Below are positions 62,013-64,000 of a DNA stretch of 64,000 nt, piece after piece. The notes beneath the pieces were generated by a model, which saw only the letters and a program-made list of their open reading frames with translations, was not told the DNA's origin and ran no database searches. Numbering within the stretch: position 1 is the first letter of the stretch; each line of letters begins with the position of its first letter. A program made the position numbers and the translations under genes. Source of the stretch: Isurus oxyrinchus (Eukaryota); assembly GCA_026770705.1 (NCBI GenBank), contig JANJGN010000042.1, positions 2,170,001-2,234,000 on the forward strand, written 5' to 3'.

Positions 62013-63384
62013 TGAAAGCAGTGAAATCGAACATGAATTCTACATTATACCCCACCCATTGCTGTTGCTGTACATGTTACATATGGCTTCTACCCGCAGA
62101 AACAGAGTTACCTCCTGCCCGAGGTGTGAATTCAGAATTATGTAACTAAATCTGCATTTTCCCAGTTAGTTTTTATTTTTTGTCCCCTTTCCAGAGCGGG
62201 CCTGGTACATTCCCAACTGCCGCTAAGGTCTCGGGGTGTCTCGACGTTCATTTAGGAGACAAAGTGTCCGACAAAAATGGATAACTTGGCAACAAAGTTT
62301 CACTATTAAATGTAGGAACCTCGCTGTCTCTCCTTCCTATGTTTTGGAACTTGATGGTAGATGGCGCCCTGAAATGGAAACGGACACTGTCCCCACCCAT
62401 TGTTCTATATTGAGCAGGCTCCGCTTCACACTTGAACTCTTTTTCCCATAAACATAGCAAGAGAGAACTGGAGTATTACAGACACAGATAAAGGAAACAT
62501 TTTGTTTGCCTCTTCCATTTGGCAATGGAGGCGAAATCCGCAGAGTCATCATACAGTACAAGTCACACTGGCAACAATCTCCCCTTTTAAATGATTACAA
62601 ATCGCAACTGGCCAGAACAAAAAAAAAAACAAATTTAATGGAAACATTATCTTCACCATCCACAATGCATTATAAAAGTTTATTGCCATCCTGATACAGA
62701 AACAGTAATTAGAATGGAATTGTAGGTTACGCTTCGCAATGACCCCCTTTCCCAATCGTGGATAAATGCTACACACTTGCTATTATTTGGAATTTCCCGT
62801 GTCGTGACTTACACCCACACCGAAAGTCTCAAGACTCAGCATTGCTCTCAGCAGAAAATCCAATTCAAGGCATTCATGCTGTGTACATATTATCATTTGT
62901 TATATCTTCCGATGTTATTTGAAACAAACCGATTGCTCTGCACTTTATAAGGGATTTGACTAAAGGATTAAGTAGCAGAAAAATGCACATGTTGTAGAAG
63001 CTTATGCTCTTGCACTTATCAGGACAATTTGCAAGAGTAATGCCGATTTCAACTGAACAAAGGATGGGAGAGTCTGTCTGTGGCTCATGGCCTCATGAAA
63101 TGTCTTGACCAATCAGAGTCAACATACTTGACTTGAATGTGAACAACGGTTGACAGTTAACTTCCAGTCATCAGGTCATTATCGCATTCTCTATTACAAC
63201 GCCACGAGTAATCCATTTTCACTCGCCCATCAATCATCACTCTCTTCTCACGACGTTTTAAGTGTTGTTCCCTTTGATTTTTTTGTTACTCATGCGAATT
63301 GTCCTGAGGAGTCCAAGATGAAAAGTTTCGAAAGCATGTGTCTTTGATCAGCACTCTCACATTCTGTTCTACCAAACAACGAGT

Positions 63385-64000
63385 GAGTCCCACGTCAGTG
63401 GTCCGGAAACTATTGGAGAAAATTCTGAAGGAAAGAATCTACCTTAACTTGGAGAGAGAAAGTTTGATAAGAGATATTCAGCATTGATTTTTCAGAGGTA
63501 GGTCATGCCTAAAAAATTTGACTGAATTTTTGAGGAGGTGACCAGGTGTGTACATGATGGTAGTGCAGTTGATGTAGTTAATACGGATTTCAGAAAAAGC
63601 CTTTGACAAGGTCCCACATGGCAGCCTTATAAATAAGGCAAATACGCATGGGATACATGGTAATTTGAAAAGGTGGATTATAAATTGGCTTAGTTGTAGG
63701 AGACAGAATGTGATGATAGAAGGTTGCTTTGGTGACTGAAAACCCGAGTCCTGTGGTGTACCACAGAGATCTGTGCTGGGTTGCCTATTATTCGTTATTT
63801 ATATAAATGACATAGATGACTATGTGGGGAGTAGGAATAGTAAGGTTGCGGATGACACAAAGATTGGCCAGTTGGTTTACAGTGAGGTTGAGAGGCTTGG
63901 GCTGGAGGAAGATATCGGCGTGGTGGTCAAATGGGCAGATAAGTGGCAGATGGAATTTAACACTGGAAAGCGTGAGGTTATAGACTTTGGAAGGAGTAAT
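63385..64000 (+). mobile_element. CR1-type LINE relic (copy of 16310-16925), cut by the window end
   Basis: Near-identical to 16310-16925. Confidence 0.9.

Larger units (their letters stand above)
48396..64000 (+). repeat. Recent direct segmental duplication (copy B) of ~1293-16925 (copy A), running off the window
   Basis: Collinear near-identity. Offsets are 47103 (1293 vs 48396), 47085 (12572 vs 59657; 14033 vs 61118) and 47075 at the window end. The ORF track repeats accordingly. Confidence 0.98.

Overview
Eukaryotic, repeat-rich genomic DNA. The gene families and repeats point to a cartilaginous fish, probably a shark (inference). The window interleaves two multigene families. (1) Two-exon class A GPCRs of the expanded GPR139/GPR142-like type: one apparently intact minus-strand gene (exon 1 33131-33035, exon 2 27764-26863), a damaged plus-strand gene (12572-14901), its pseudogenised duplicate (59657-62012), and several minus-strand relics. 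(2) T-cell-receptor alpha/delta-type V segments, each with leader exon, V exon and 23-bp-spacer RSS: one with an open frame (39987-40883) and one pseudogene (43448-43940) missed by the ORF track. Bases ~1293-16925 recur almost identically at 48396-64000 (offset ~47.1 kb), consistent with a ~47-kb tandem cassette, and an older ~1.9-kb duplication is nested inside. Two divergent GPCR paralogues share an identically spaced TAATTA-n20-TAATTG-n23-TATAT promoter. The rest is CR1/L2-group LINE relics, SINEs, Penelope-like relics with hammerhead-like cores, a Harbinger-like Myb/SANT relic and two degenerate minisatellites (31 and 35 bp). All calls were made by eye, repeat family names are from recall, and repeat boundaries are approximate.
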